Source: Anthoceros angustus (lineage: Eukaryota > Plantae > Anthocerotophyta). From it: a stretch of DNA of 64,000 nucleotides. Shown piece by piece: positions 11,186-22,256 of the stretch; positions within the stretch are counted from its first letter, which is position 1, and each line of letters begins with the position of its first letter. The stretch covers positions 744,001 through 808,000 of the forward strand of contig MU008167.1 of assembly GCA_010909165.1 (NCBI GenBank), in the 5' to 3' direction. The notes under the pieces were generated by a model, which saw only the letters and a list, made by a program, of their open reading frames with translations, was not told where the DNA came from and did no database searches. The translations under genes and the position numbers were made by a program.

Positions 11186-11895
11186 GAAGCATTTGTCTGC
11201 AGTAGCCATTTTCACCAGTTGTCCGGTGCCCCTGAGCAATCTCTTCTCAAAGTCTTCTCCGTGTGATGACGACGTTTGAGACGATTCATACAATAACTCA
11301 CCTGAACGCTAACAAGCTGTCAGACTTTCTACCTACCGGATAGGTACGGCATTCAGTTTACTTGCACATATCAGATGTGGTGCGTGGGCTTGAAGTTGAG
11401 CATCTACCCACAAATAATACTGATCCAAAAGGGCTACACAAGGGGAACATTCTAAAGTCATGCTGGTCCCATGATTTCTGGGTTTGAAGGAGATCCAAAG
11501 CTGAAAGTGGGAGGTTCTGGACCTTTTTTCTAAAATGTCTGACCTTATATCCAAGGGCATCAAAGTTCTTCAAGACAACACCTAAAAACCGTATTAACAT
11601 CTTCTTGCGCTGGGAGCTGTGGCCAGCAGAAATTTACTCAGGTACAGTGGCTGACAACAATCATACTTGCAGTTCCCATTAGATATCATCTAAACCCCAG
11701 GGCAACCGTCCCTGCCACTGCAACCCTTACTGCAGCAGACTTGCCACGGCCCCTTGCAGCAGTCAAGGGGACAACTTTTCAAATCCTTCTCCGAGATTGC
11801 ACGAAGAATTGTCATCACACGGAGAAGACTTTGAGAAGAGACTGCTCAGGGGCACCGGACAACTGGTGAAAATGGCTACTGCAGACAAATGCTTC
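11186..11895. repeat. 85-bp inverted repeat (11186-11270 vs 11811-11895), 1 mismatch, 540-bp spacer
   Basis: GAAGCATTTGTCTGCAGTAGCC...CCGTGTGATGAC is the reverse complement of GTCATCACACGG...GCAGACAAATGCTTC; the only difference is GCAATCTC vs GCAGTCTC. Confidence 0.95.
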
Positions 11896-12231
11896 GCAGA
11901 CACGCATCCAGAATGCCAGAAACGGAGGAGCTGCAAAACATACAAAGAGCTGGTCAGCAAATGTGCCTGATCGGCCATTGTAAATGAGGATGACACAGTA
12001 CGAGAGGGGAGAGCCAACTCAACCACGCCACTGGAGAGAACGGACTTACCTGTTACACGAGGCAAACATATCCGTTGCAAGGCCTGCAGAGACGTCGTAG
12101 TACGCCAATATGTCTGAAGAGAGGGCGCTTTCTAGAACGATCTCCACCTCCCCTGAGAAGCAGGAGTTGGATGAGCAGAGATGACACTAAGCAACAGAAG
12201 AACCCTTGCCACTCTTTCGTTAGGGACGTAC

Positions 12232-13293
12232 TCATAGCCTCCGCGGAGCTTGGAAGGCAGCTGGCGACTGTCCACAGGTCACAGCAGGGACCCGAGATTG
12301 AGTGTTCCGGAGAGGAGGCACGGCCGGGCCCCTTCCAAAGTTGGCATTGAACTGCTCATCATGGGAGCCTGCGGGACGGCTAGGCATAGTCCTTGACTGA
12401 GCAGGGGCGGCAACAGCCTGCCTGAGCATGCGCGCGTCAACAGCTCTTCCAGGTGGCCGAAAACCCTGTGCATTGTTCGCACCTTCGTTCTCCTGAGCAT
12501 AGAACGCAGCAGGTGGGAAACCGCGCCGGCTGTTGCCTTCCTGTCCTTCATTCCCGAAGAATATATCCTCAAGCGCAGAAGACAGATTCCCATCACCAGG
12601 GTTCCGCTTGCCCGCAGAGAAGGAAGGCGCGGCGTTGCTCGCAGTCAGCATCGGCACACGTCCTCTTGGCTGCATGGGAGCCACGGGCGGCGCCATCACA
12701 TCCTTGTCATCACACCCCTCGCCGTCCTTGAAGAGACTGCTTGCGGACCGGAAAGAACCGCTCCAACCTCCACAAAACCGCGTGCCTCCTGCAGCAAAAA
12801 CATCCTCAATCCCAGCTGTTTGCACGGCTTTCCCCTTTCTACTCTCCGTTTCAGCCTCCTCGGCTCGCTGCCGAGCATTCACGGCAAGTGTCTCGTCGAT
12901 GAGCGCATCCATAGCAGTCATGTCCAGCGAGTCCCAGAATTCGTCGCCGTAGTCGTCAAAATCCCCAACGTCTCCACGGTCGTCGGCCTTCCCACCTGCA
13001 TCACCGCACTCGGGCTGGGACGCAGATCCACTTGCTGCCACAGAGCCGCATCCGGCAGAGAAACTGCTGCTCTGGTTTCCCGCCTGGCCCTCCATCAGCA
13101 TCGCCTCCGCATGAGCGGTTGCCTCCGCTGACAACGACACAGTTCTTCCAGAAGCCATGAGAAAGAGTGCGGCCGTCTCATCCTTGGAAGCCACGAACTT
13201 TTGCTTCTTCCTCCCATTCTCTTCTCCCTCGCTACAGTCAGGGATCAGCACCGACCCTGACTTGTCTGCAACGTTGCATCCTCTGCCAGCCAT
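12232..13293 (-). CDS. Hypothetical low-complexity protein (353 aa) with one BRC-like motif and an acidic patch
   Basis: ATG-initiated GC-rich ORF containing FLMASGRTVSLSAEATAHAEAML and GDFDDYGDEFWDSLDMTAMDALID. The 3' structure is unclear: downstream exon-like segments are out of frame. Confidence 0.55.
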   Translation of the reverse strand: MAGRGCNVADKSGSVLIPDCSEGEENGRKKQKFVASKDETAALFLMASGRTVSLSAEATAHAEAMLMEGQAGNQSSSFSAGCGSVAASGSASQPECGDAGGKADDRGDVGDFDDYGDEFWDSLDMTAMDALIDETLAVNARQRAEEAETESRKGKAVQTAGIEDVFAAGGTRFCGGWSGSFRSASSLFKDGEGCDDKDVMAPPVAPMQPRGRVPMLTASNAAPSFSAGKRNPGDGNLSSALEDIFFGNEGQEGNSRRGFPPAAFYAQENEGANNAQGFRPPGRAVDARMLRQAVAAPAQSRTMPSRPAGSHDEQFNANFGRGPAVPPLRNTQSRVPAVTCGQSPAAFQAPRRL

Positions 13294-13571
13294 CCAGAGG
13301 AGGGTGAGCTACAAGTGGGGAGGAGTGCGGCGCTCGCGAGCTTGGACAACTTGCATGCGGATCCCGGAGGCCGGCAAGTTTGAACCTCCGGCGCAGGTTT
13401 GTATCGATTAGGTTGGTTAGCAAGGCGGGCTTTCTTCCCGCCAAAATGTAAATCCTCAATTATGTATGTGGTCCAATCGCTCTGTGCATATCGTTACTTT
13501 AGAGAGCGATGTTCGAGGGTGGCGAAGTCTTAAATCGGTGCCGGGAATCCACTTCCCGGTGCCCCTGGGTT

Positions 13572-14246
13572 AGCCCGTCGCCTAAGGCTAACGCAAACTT
13601 AATGAGCCCTGCCATTCGTACCGCCCGTGTGGCCACGCACCCTGATGCAAAGCCGAGAGGCATGAGGCCGACATGCGGGCATGTTTTTCTTTCTTTCCGG
13701 CGTCTCCCTTTCCGGCATGCGGGCATGCCTCTCTTTCTTTCCGGCATCTCGCTTTCCGGCAACGGGGCGTGCGTCGTCGCTCCTCTCAACGGCTCCCTCC
13801 ACCCTCCTCTCAACGGCTCCCGCCCGCGCTCCTCTCACCGTCCTTCCATACCTGCTCACCTGTCTGTGGTCTCAACCTGTTCTCGTTCTTAATGCGCGCC
13901 AAAATGAACGTTTCAAGTATCTATGACCCGCTTCTAATGCGATTCTCGTTCTTAATGCTCGCCAAAATGAACGTTTCAAGTATCTATGACCCGCTTCTAA
14001 TGCGGTTCAGTTCAGAGGGAAGCGTGACGGGTACGTTCGAGCAAGCGAGTGGCAAGTCTCTCCAATATGTGATGTCAACAAAATGGAACATTTGCCTCAC
14101 ACTCAAGTGCAGACACCGGAGCCCGGCATCTTCACCAAGGAGCATTTGTCATGGGCTGTGGGCAATCATCAAGGGAAGATCAAAATGCACATGAATGTGA
14201 AGCGCGCTTACATTCCTGCTGACCGTGTAGCCTTAGGCGACGGGCT
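13572..14246. mobile_element. MITE-like segment bounded by a perfect 19-bp inverted repeat
   Basis: AGCCCGTCGCCTAAGGCTA at 13572-13590 and its exact reverse complement at 14228-14246. Taking the TIR as the inner 18 bp (13573 / 14245), the flanks are TTA and TTG, resembling a Harbinger TWA TSD with one mismatch. Confidence 0.5.
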
Positions 14247-14913
14247 TGTCTAGAACTTACAAAGCCTAGTTGAGCGGCATCCTCACCTCGTGGACCATGC
14301 TCAAGGACTTGTAGTAGGTTTTATGCGGACATTAGAGGGCATAGAGGCCACAGCTGTGGAGGAGGGCTTGGCCATCATCCCACATATGGTCAAAGATGTG
14401 GGAGGGGATACTTCTACAAAAAGGAAGCGAGCATTTTGAGAATCTGTAGGGAAGAAAACCCAACACAAGAAAACGTCTCAAGCTCTTCAGGATGTCGGTA
14501 ATGTATGGTCTAGGCCTCCTCCATCAAAGGAGAAGCCTTTTGTAACGCAAGCTAGAGGTAGAGAAGCGACGTCATAGCACTTGTTGTGAATCAAGTGTCT
14601 TCATAATTGAAAGCCGTGTGTGCATAATCTATTACAGTGTGTTCAAAATGAGCAGGATAGTGGGAGTTCGTGATCGAGTGCTTGGTGAACTGGTTGAGAC
14701 CAGAGACGGGTGACCATGAGAGGAGCGCGGACGAGAGCCGTTGAGAGGAGGGTGGAGGGAGCCGTTGAGAGGAGCGACGACGGACGCCCCGTTGCCGGAA
14801 AGGGAGATGCCGGAAAGAAAGAGAGGCATGCCCGCATGCCGGAAAGGGAGACGCCGGAAAGAAAGAGAGGCATGCCCGCATGTCGGCCTCATGCCTCTCG
14901 GCTTTGCATCAGG
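13641..14913. mobile_element. Mutator/foldback-like element with long (about 230-bp) inverted repeats
   Basis: 13641-13877 is the reverse complement of 14692-14913 with few mismatches and one indel; internal sub-repeats CATGCGGGCATGCCTCTCTTTCTTTCCGGC and CTCCTCTCAACGGCTC; decayed ORF-like sequence between the arms. Confidence 0.75.
13880..14005. repeat. 63-bp tandem duplication (2 copies)
   Basis: TTCTCGTTCTTAATGC.CGCCAAAATGAACGTTTCAAGTATCTATGACCCGCTTCTAATGCG at 13880 and 13943. Confidence 0.9.
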
Positions 14914-15489
14914 AATGCACATGGAATGCTTGGATCGTTGCCAACCTTGTTTGGTCATGCTCTAGGCTGGGCGAGGTTGTGTTGTGTTCCTATCAGTCTC
15001 CGAAGGCCATAAAGGCCTGCCACTCGTGATACCGCACAGCCAGGCCTTCCCAAGTAGCAGCATTCAGATAGCAAATCCAGGTTAGTTTCCTTCTTAATAT
15101 ACATTTTTAGAAGACCTCGTTCCAGCATGCTCTCTCCGCAAGTTGCTTTGCAAAGCTAGCTTTATCTTCACAATGCGAGGAGTGTTCAAGCTCGCATTGT
15201 AGCCTACCATCTCTTGCTGCCTTGTGATCTTTGCCATCTTCACTCGTACAGCTGAAGATGGCAAAGATCCCTTGCCATTAGCAGCTGCCCAAGCTCCCAA
15301 GCTTGAAGCTTGCACTTAGAGAATTAAACCTGCACTTAGTAGAAACATTAGGAAAATTCTTATGCTTAGAATTATTCTTAAATGGATTTGAATCTCTCTA
15401 GTGTAGACGAACTACGTGCTGATGTGCCTTTTGTGGTACAATTGCCGAAGGCTAGGATTTTTTATGCCAATTACCTTCATTAGGTTCTA

Positions 15490-15980
15490 TCAAGTGAGAA
15501 TTATTTACGGTGGAAACAAGGCCGGGAGAGGACCACACGGATTGCCCATATCCCTTTCAGTAAAGTAGAAGACTTTGTAGCAGGAATTGCTTCTCAAGAA
15601 GAGCACGCTTCGAACTTCTACACAAAAGATTGTAAAGGGCCTAACATTTTATATCATCCCAACATTCCTATAGTCCTCACAACACTCCTATAGTCCTCAC
15701 AACACTAACATACACCAAGTCTGGTTTTCTTTGAGGCTGATGGTAGTGTCTTTTAATCAACATTGCCAAAAATGTGGTCATAAGTAATCGGAAGCTTTAT
15801 TATGATGATTCAACTTCAATATATGTTTGGATCAAGCATGGAAATCGCAGTGTCTTAGCTATGGACGCAATTTTTGGCATGAACAAGTACAAATACCTCT
15901 TGTTCACTGTCATGGCCTTCGATCTACACTTGAATAGTGTGCTTGTTGCATGGGCTATCATGCAGAAGAAGGTGGCTCGA
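15490..15980 (+). pseudogene. MULE (Mutator-like) transposase fragment; second copy at about 16380-16620
   Basis: HGNRSVLAMDAIFGMNKYKYLLFTVMAFDLHLNSVLVAWAI matches the MULE DDE motif (D.TFG.N..K..L.T....D....G.PVAW.I); upstream RTTRIAHIPFSKVEDFVAG. Confidence 0.8.
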
Positions 15981-17028
15981 TACTAGTCGAAGGAGGACGT
16001 ACGTAATGTATGTCCGTGATTTTGTGGGAGACAAGATCATACCCAAGCCGGAGGATCGGGTGAGACTCACCACCCAAGTGCATGAAGGCTTAAAGCATTT
16101 CGATGCCAAGTGCACCTACAACATGCTAAGGCCCGAGAGAGCCAGGTTCGTGTTAAGATGGTAGCACCACATTGGGAAAGAAGTGACAAACTTAATACCA
16201 AGCCTCCAAAGCATGTTGCAATTTAGAAGTGTAAGTTAAAAATGTAACAACGACTGTAACATAGGCTGCCTTTTCTAGTAGGGAGAGGAAGCAGCCTCGC
16301 AGCCTCGCAGCCTCTCATGGTTCTCCTTTTTTGCAAGCCGCTTGTGGAGCTCTGCAACAACTACAGGAGGTCTGGACATTTCTTTGAGGTCGATGGTAGT
16401 GTCTTTTAATCAACATTGCCAAAATGTGGTCATAAGTAATCGGAAGCTTTATTATGATGATTCAACTTCAATATATGTTTGGATCAAGCATGGAAATCGC
16501 AGTGTCTTAGCTATGGACGCAATTTTTGGCATGAACAAGTACAAATACCTCTTGTTCACCGTCATGGCCTTCGATCTACACTTGAATAGTGTGCTTGTTG
16601 CATGGGCTATCATGCGAAGAAGAAGGTGGCTCGATACTAGTCGAAGGAGGACGACGTAATGTATGTCCGTGATTTTGTGGGAGACAAGATCATACCCAAG
16701 GAGGATCGGGTGAGACTCACCACCCAAGTGCATGAAGGCTTAAAGCATTTCGATGCCAAGTGCACCTACAACATGCTAAGGCCCGAGAGCTGTGTTCGTG
16801 TTAAGATGGTAGCACCACATTGGGAAAGAAGTGACAAACTTAATACCAAGCCTCCAAAGCATGTTGCAATTTAGAAGTGTAAGTTAAAAATGTAACAACG
16901 ACTGTAACATAGGCTGCCTTTTCTAGTAGGGAGAGGAAGCGACCTCGACCCTCATGACCTCTCATGGTTCTCCTTTTTTGCAAGCCGCTTGTGGAGCTCT
17001 GCAACAACTACAGGAGGTCTGGACATTT
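15726..17028. repeat. Tandem duplication, about 653-bp unit x2 (MULE fragment + Gypsy integrase H2C2-like fragment + TE end)
   Basis: GATGGTAGTGTCTTTTAATC at 15739 and 16392; both units end GGAGGTCTGGACATTT; each contains IIPKPEDRVRLTTQVHEGLKHF (integrase zinc-binding-like). Confidence 0.9.
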
Positions 17029-18761
17029 TGCTGGGAACTGCCCAAATGCAGTAGTCTCCAACAACTGTGGTTTGTCTAGGTAGAACTATTTCCTGTTGAC
17101 TCTGATTTGCAGTAGGTAGGTGGATGTCTGTTGCTTACATTCATTAGTTTCGCATTGCATGTGCTCATTGTCTATTGCGTCGTCCCACAAGCATATTGCT
17201 GCAGCATGCCCCACTGAGCCGCTGTGCCAAAATTGTAAGAAGCCTGGACATATTGCGAATGAATGCCATAATGAGCCTGTGTGCAACGTATGTGGAAAGC
17301 CTACAGGTCACATTCCAAAAGGATGTGCGGCCCAAGAAGTAGGGTTACCAAAGCTGAGGCTCTGCAACAATTGCTATAGACCTGGCCATGTTTCACTGGA
17401 TTGCCCCAATGAGAAGGCTTGTAACAACTGCCACCAGTCTAGTCATTTAGCACGAGATTGCATCCATGGTAAGATGAAATTGTTTGATGGGATTGCGCCT
17501 GACTGTATGCGGGGAATCTCGTTTGCGTGCACCTTTCAGAACAGCGAACCATAACAATTTTGTATCTGGAGAGTGTCGCTACAGAGTTCGGCATCATAGA
17601 CAAAGGTGGTATCAATATATTGTCCGAGCTTCTTTGGATAGTATGAGAAACCAGGGCTTAAGATTAGGGAGACAGGCAGATCTGACAACATCATGGACGT
17701 GGTTCAAAGGAGCACCTTAGATGCAAACAGGAACTGTCATGTATTGGTGAACCTTGGCCACAATCCATCGAGTGCATTCCAATTGCGCTCATCATATCTC
17801 AGATCATGTGGCACGTTCGGGTCCCCGATCTCGTTTAACCAGTTAAGGTAGGTACAAGCTGGATCAGGAGTGGTAGGACTCGACCTCACCTTCAGGAACT
17901 CAAACAAGACGAGGCATGCCAAGTACTCACCACCACTGGCACGGACCTTCATCTATGCCGTGGCAAGACCAAGTCCATATCACGACATCCACAATGGCTC
18001 CTTGCTGCCCCTTTTTCAGAGGAGATGGCCTTCTGACGCATCCAAAGTTGTCTTGTTTCGTTCAGCCTACCAAATGCTAGAAAAATGAGTTGCTGCTCGC
18101 TCCAAAGGAGCGGCAAGACCTATCATAAAGGTATGCGGCTCCTCCATGGCCAAAATGGCCTCTGCAGCTGCCAACAGGCTCCCAACTTGCTGCGCTGTAG
18201 AGCACAATCCACAAAATGTAAGCCAACCAGGAGAAGCAACCCATCTGGCAAGGAGATAGTAAACACCCACGGTTGATCTGGAAAAGCTCAGGACCACATT
18301 GTGGGGACAACATCTGCTCCAAACGGGCACAAGGTTGCACAGTAGGGTAGAGCTCGATGTCCACCTTCTTCAGCCCTGCGCAATGCACAACACTTGACGA
18401 CTTAGCACCGGATACAACCAAGCTCTTCTTCCCCTTGCACATTTTCATTGAGGAACATGGGAATGGACAAGACTCTACGCTTGGTCTCATGTGCCCATTT
18501 GCCAGAATGTCACCTTGAGACATCATCGTGGCGGCCTCGTGAGGCTACGCCTCGTGGTCCTCGCGAGGCGCTGCGCTTGAGGCTGCATTTGCGGTAGCCT
18601 CGCGGCGGCGGCGCCGCCGCCTGCAGCATGAGAGGTCGCAAGGCGGAAGCCTCGCAACAGCAACAGCCTCGTGAGGCTCCTACAGGCATGAGAGGCTGTA
18701 GAGGTGGCAGCCTCACGAGGCTGCTGTAGGCAGCTAAGGTTGCACACCCTACTAGAGAAGG
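16917..18761. mobile_element. Putative TIR-bounded non-autonomous element carrying gene fragments
   Basis: CCTTTTCTAGTAGGG (16917; also 16269) vs CCCTACTAGAGAAGG (18747), 14/15 inverted; subterminal GCAGCCTCG/CGAGGCTGC repeats near both ends. Confidence 0.45.
17186..17470 (+). pseudogene. CCHC zinc-knuckle (GIS2/CNBP-like) gene fragment
   Basis: CQNCKKPGHIANEC, CNVCGKPTGHIPKGC, LRLCNNCYRPGHVSLDC, KACNNCHQSSHLARDC; N- and C-terminal parts are missing. Confidence 0.85.
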
Positions 18762-19720
18762 GTAGTCATGTTACACTTTATGTTAAGATTTGGACCCCCC
18801 TTTGTTGCAATTATGTTGAAATCTTGGGATCTTGTTACACTTTTGGGACCCCCTGTTACAGTTAGGTTTGGAAACCGACCCTCCACCTTGTTATAGTCAT
18901 GTTACAGTCTTGTTGCAATTATGTTGCAATGTAGTGAGAGGTGGTATGTGTCCCCTCTCAAAATTTCAACACAATTGCAACAACCAAAGTGTTACATCGT
19001 CTGTTGTTACAGTTTTGTAGGCTTGGTACCGAACCTCCTCCCCATCTACCTTAACCCTTGTTGTTTTTACTCCCATATTTTTCCTGTGCCATTATTGTTA
19101 TATGTGTACCGGGATGTACTTGTATTTTACGTGTATGCTTTCATTGTCGTATTTTTCAAGGTGATTATTCCAATACCTCTACGTGAGCTTCTACGTATTT
19201 TGCTCGTGTACTTTTTGTGCCATATTTCCGTACGCATATTTGCAATACGCTCACCTAACCGTCTTCGTATTTTATGTGTAGTTTTCTACACCGTATTCTA
19301 TGCAATATCTTATATGTCACTCGTGTATCATACATTTGTATGCGTCACTGGAATAACGTTTGTATACTTTCAAACCCATACAGTCCAAAAATATGACAAA
19401 TCCATATTTTAATGCACGATGGACTGGTTGCTCCAGGGGGACCTTGAGCATCAGCATTCCAGGTGCATACATGTTTTCAAGACCATGGGAGCAATGAGAT
19501 TTTTGGGGGCGAACCAGCTTTCCAAGAAGGATCTTGGAGGAGAACTTACGTATAAGCAGCACCGGGGACTACTTGTCCTTCGAACAGACCAAGAGGAAGT
19601 GAAGGCTGTACAAGCGCCAGCTTGGGAGCCTTGGCTTGTGGCATCAAGCGTCCCTTCTTGGCAGTCACCACCATCCACTTCCTATCATACAGGAAAGTCT
19701 ACCGCGTACTGCAGATAAAG

Positions 19721-19985
19721 TTGGTTCTAAAGCCATTGTCTAAGAAGGAAAAGGAAGATACGCTTTGGGGGCATGCCGAGAAGCTAGCTTTGGCATATGG
19801 TCTCTTGAATAGGTACTCCAAGTGGCACACGTCTGCTGGTACTGAAGGATCTACGAACGTGCAGTGACTGCCACAGTTCCACCGAAATCATGTCGAGGGT
19901 TGGGAAGCGAGGTATTGTTGTAAGGGATGGTTACCGTGTGCATCGATTCGCAGCTGGTTGTTGCAGTTGTAAGGGTCAATCGTAA
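19721..19985 (+). pseudogene. C-terminal fragment of a DYW:KP (GRP-type) deaminase-like domain, frameshifted
   Basis: LVLKPLSKKEKEDTLWGHAEKLALAYGLLN, then a 4-bp insertion AGGT (19811-19814), then TPSGTRLLVLKDLRTCSDCHSSTEIMSRVGKRGIVVRDGYRVHRFAAGCCSCKGQS*. Shows HAE, CxxC and a non-DYW terminus. Confidence 0.9.
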
Positions 19986-20399
19986 AATGAAGATCTAGAC
20001 AATGGACTTGAACCACTAGAATGAGTTGTTTAACATCACTATAGGCACCTCAAATTCTACAAGTCTGACATCATCCAATCCAATGATGATTGCAAGACAA
20101 AATGGGCTAGCATAGGGCAAAATAAACTAGGTACCTACCTAGCACAAAAGTTCAGTTGCCTAGCTAGGGTTAGTCTCCTTTCTAGGTTGCTAGGGTCAGT
20201 TCCCTACCTAGGTTGCTAGGGTTTCCCTAGTTAGGGTCAGCTCCCTAGCTAAAAATCAGGGTCAAGTCCCTAGAAATCCTAGTTAGTCTCATTTCCATGG
20301 CAACTACCAGGCTTTTATTATTGTTCCAAATTTCCTATAGATGTTTATTCTTCCTAGCTAATTGTTTTTCATTCTAGCTTTGTTTTTGTTGCAGGCTGG

Positions 20400-21561
20400 T
20401 ACTTGTCCACTTGTTGAAGCTTCTGCAGTACCCAAACATTTCTTCATCACATCCACTACTTTAGATAAGTAGTCCTCATCATCTCCTTTTCTTTGAAATT
20501 AATGCCCTTCTTCTATATCTTCAATTGTTCTAGAAAATAAGGATGTTGTCGTGTTTGCTTCCATTGCCTCTATCTGAAAATTTGAGTTGAATGCTCTTGG
20601 AATACCTGTGTTCTCCCATCCATGTCTGATCATATCTTGCATATTTGAAACATGTGTCCATGCATTGAATAACCATTCACAAACCTTGGGCTTCAAGTTT
20701 TTCTGTTTGATATTAACAGCTATTTTTCCTCCTTCGTTGAGCTGCTCTTGAATAGTAGTGGCTGTCCACTTGCAGAATTCTCGCTCAAAAGCATGCTTCA
20801 AAGGGCACTGAAGGACTACATCAGCAGGTTGCAACTTGCTAGTGCATCTAGCAGGAATGAAGATCACACATATCAAAGGGTAAGTACTTTTCATCCAGTC
20901 TAGGAATTCGTTGCTTTTGTGAACACTCCAGCAATCTATAATCCAAATCATCTTTTGTCTTGTGGCTTGCCTCAAGATTTCCAGCTGCCTTTCATAGTAG
21001 GGGATCAAATTTTCCTTTGATCTTCCAATTGGTCACTTCATAGGTGCCGGCTTTGAAACTTTTTCATGTGAAGTCCCAGCTACACTTGTAGAAAGCAAGT
21101 GCACATCTCTTGCAATTTCAGCATCCCTCTCCTCTCTCTCAATTTTATGGAACATGGTTGTTAGCAGAGATTGTTTATTTGTTACCATGTTTGGGTGCTT
21201 GTAAGTAGCCACTTTCCCAAACAAGAAAGGCACAATGAAATTAGGTTGACCTTGTTTAAAAAGTGTTGTTTGAAGAGGACTTCTTAGAAACTAGGGCTTG
21301 TTTGAAACTAGGGCCTGTTTGGAAAGCTAGAAGTTGTTTGGGAAACTAGGGTTTGTGTGGAAAATTAGGGCCTGTTTCGAGGAGTTCTATACATATCTAT
21401 TAATTGTATATAAATACCTATATATTCTAATAAATATTAAAATTTGATAAAATTATTTTTCATAAATGTTTAAATTTTAAAAATATAAATATTAACTTTA
21501 TTTTTTCAAAAAATAATTATTTCGGCATTACCCACTTGAACCACCCCTCGGGGATACGGTA
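20400..21561 (-). mobile_element. Pogo-like (Tc1/mariner, DDE_1) DNA transposon remnant
   Basis: ORF 20499..21008 IIDCWSVH...IFIPARCTSKLQPADV (DDE_1-type); candidate end TA-CCGTATCCCC on the minus strand at about 21550-21561; matching left TIR not found. Confidence 0.75.
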
Positions 21562-22256
21562 TAATGTTCATTTTTTAGATGAGAGAAGTGATGGTCAGAA
21601 ATTACTTTTATTGCCAAGCGAACTTCATTGAAAACAGAGAACGGTCACTAGCAGACCAATATTTGGAAAGAACACAGATGAACTGGAATTTTGGCACGTC
21701 CTACCATGGAGACATAGAGCAGCCAAAGAGAGACAGAAAGGATACAAGAGGGGCCATCCTATGCACATATTATGTGCGGCGAAGTCTTCGCTCTGCAAGA
21801 TGCAAGAAGGCAAGGCCCTTCCGGTGTCCTGGGTTCACTACTTCTACTATCCCATGGCTAGTCCGTCTCATGACCCACGGCCCCAAACATGACCCGCCCT
21901 GTGAACACATGTTTTGCCCTCTCCTTGCTTTGGATTGAGGCTCTTTTCCCGAGCTCGCTAGTGTACGCCCTGCTCTCATTCTCTTGAACTCCGATCTGTG
22001 CGGCGGCAAGGTGAAGAGAAGAATTAAGCAGCAGCCGCAGGCGAGGCCTGGAGATCAAGCAGGGGTCCAGGAACTCCGAGGCGTGCGCCTAAAACTTTGC
22101 CCAAATTTGGCGTCGTCTTTTGTTGCTGTACTAGAGCCATTTTGTGACTAGGGTTTAGCACTGACTGACGCCCTGCCTTGTCGTGTCGGGGGTTTTCGGT
22201 TTCAAACTTTACAGTGTTGCTGCGCGGACGCGGATGCGGGATCCGCGTACCGGACA

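Noticed and set aside
20120-21375. Interstitial telomere array
   Set aside because: CTAGGG/TTAGGG motifs are scattered rather than tandem; more likely TE subterminal repeats.
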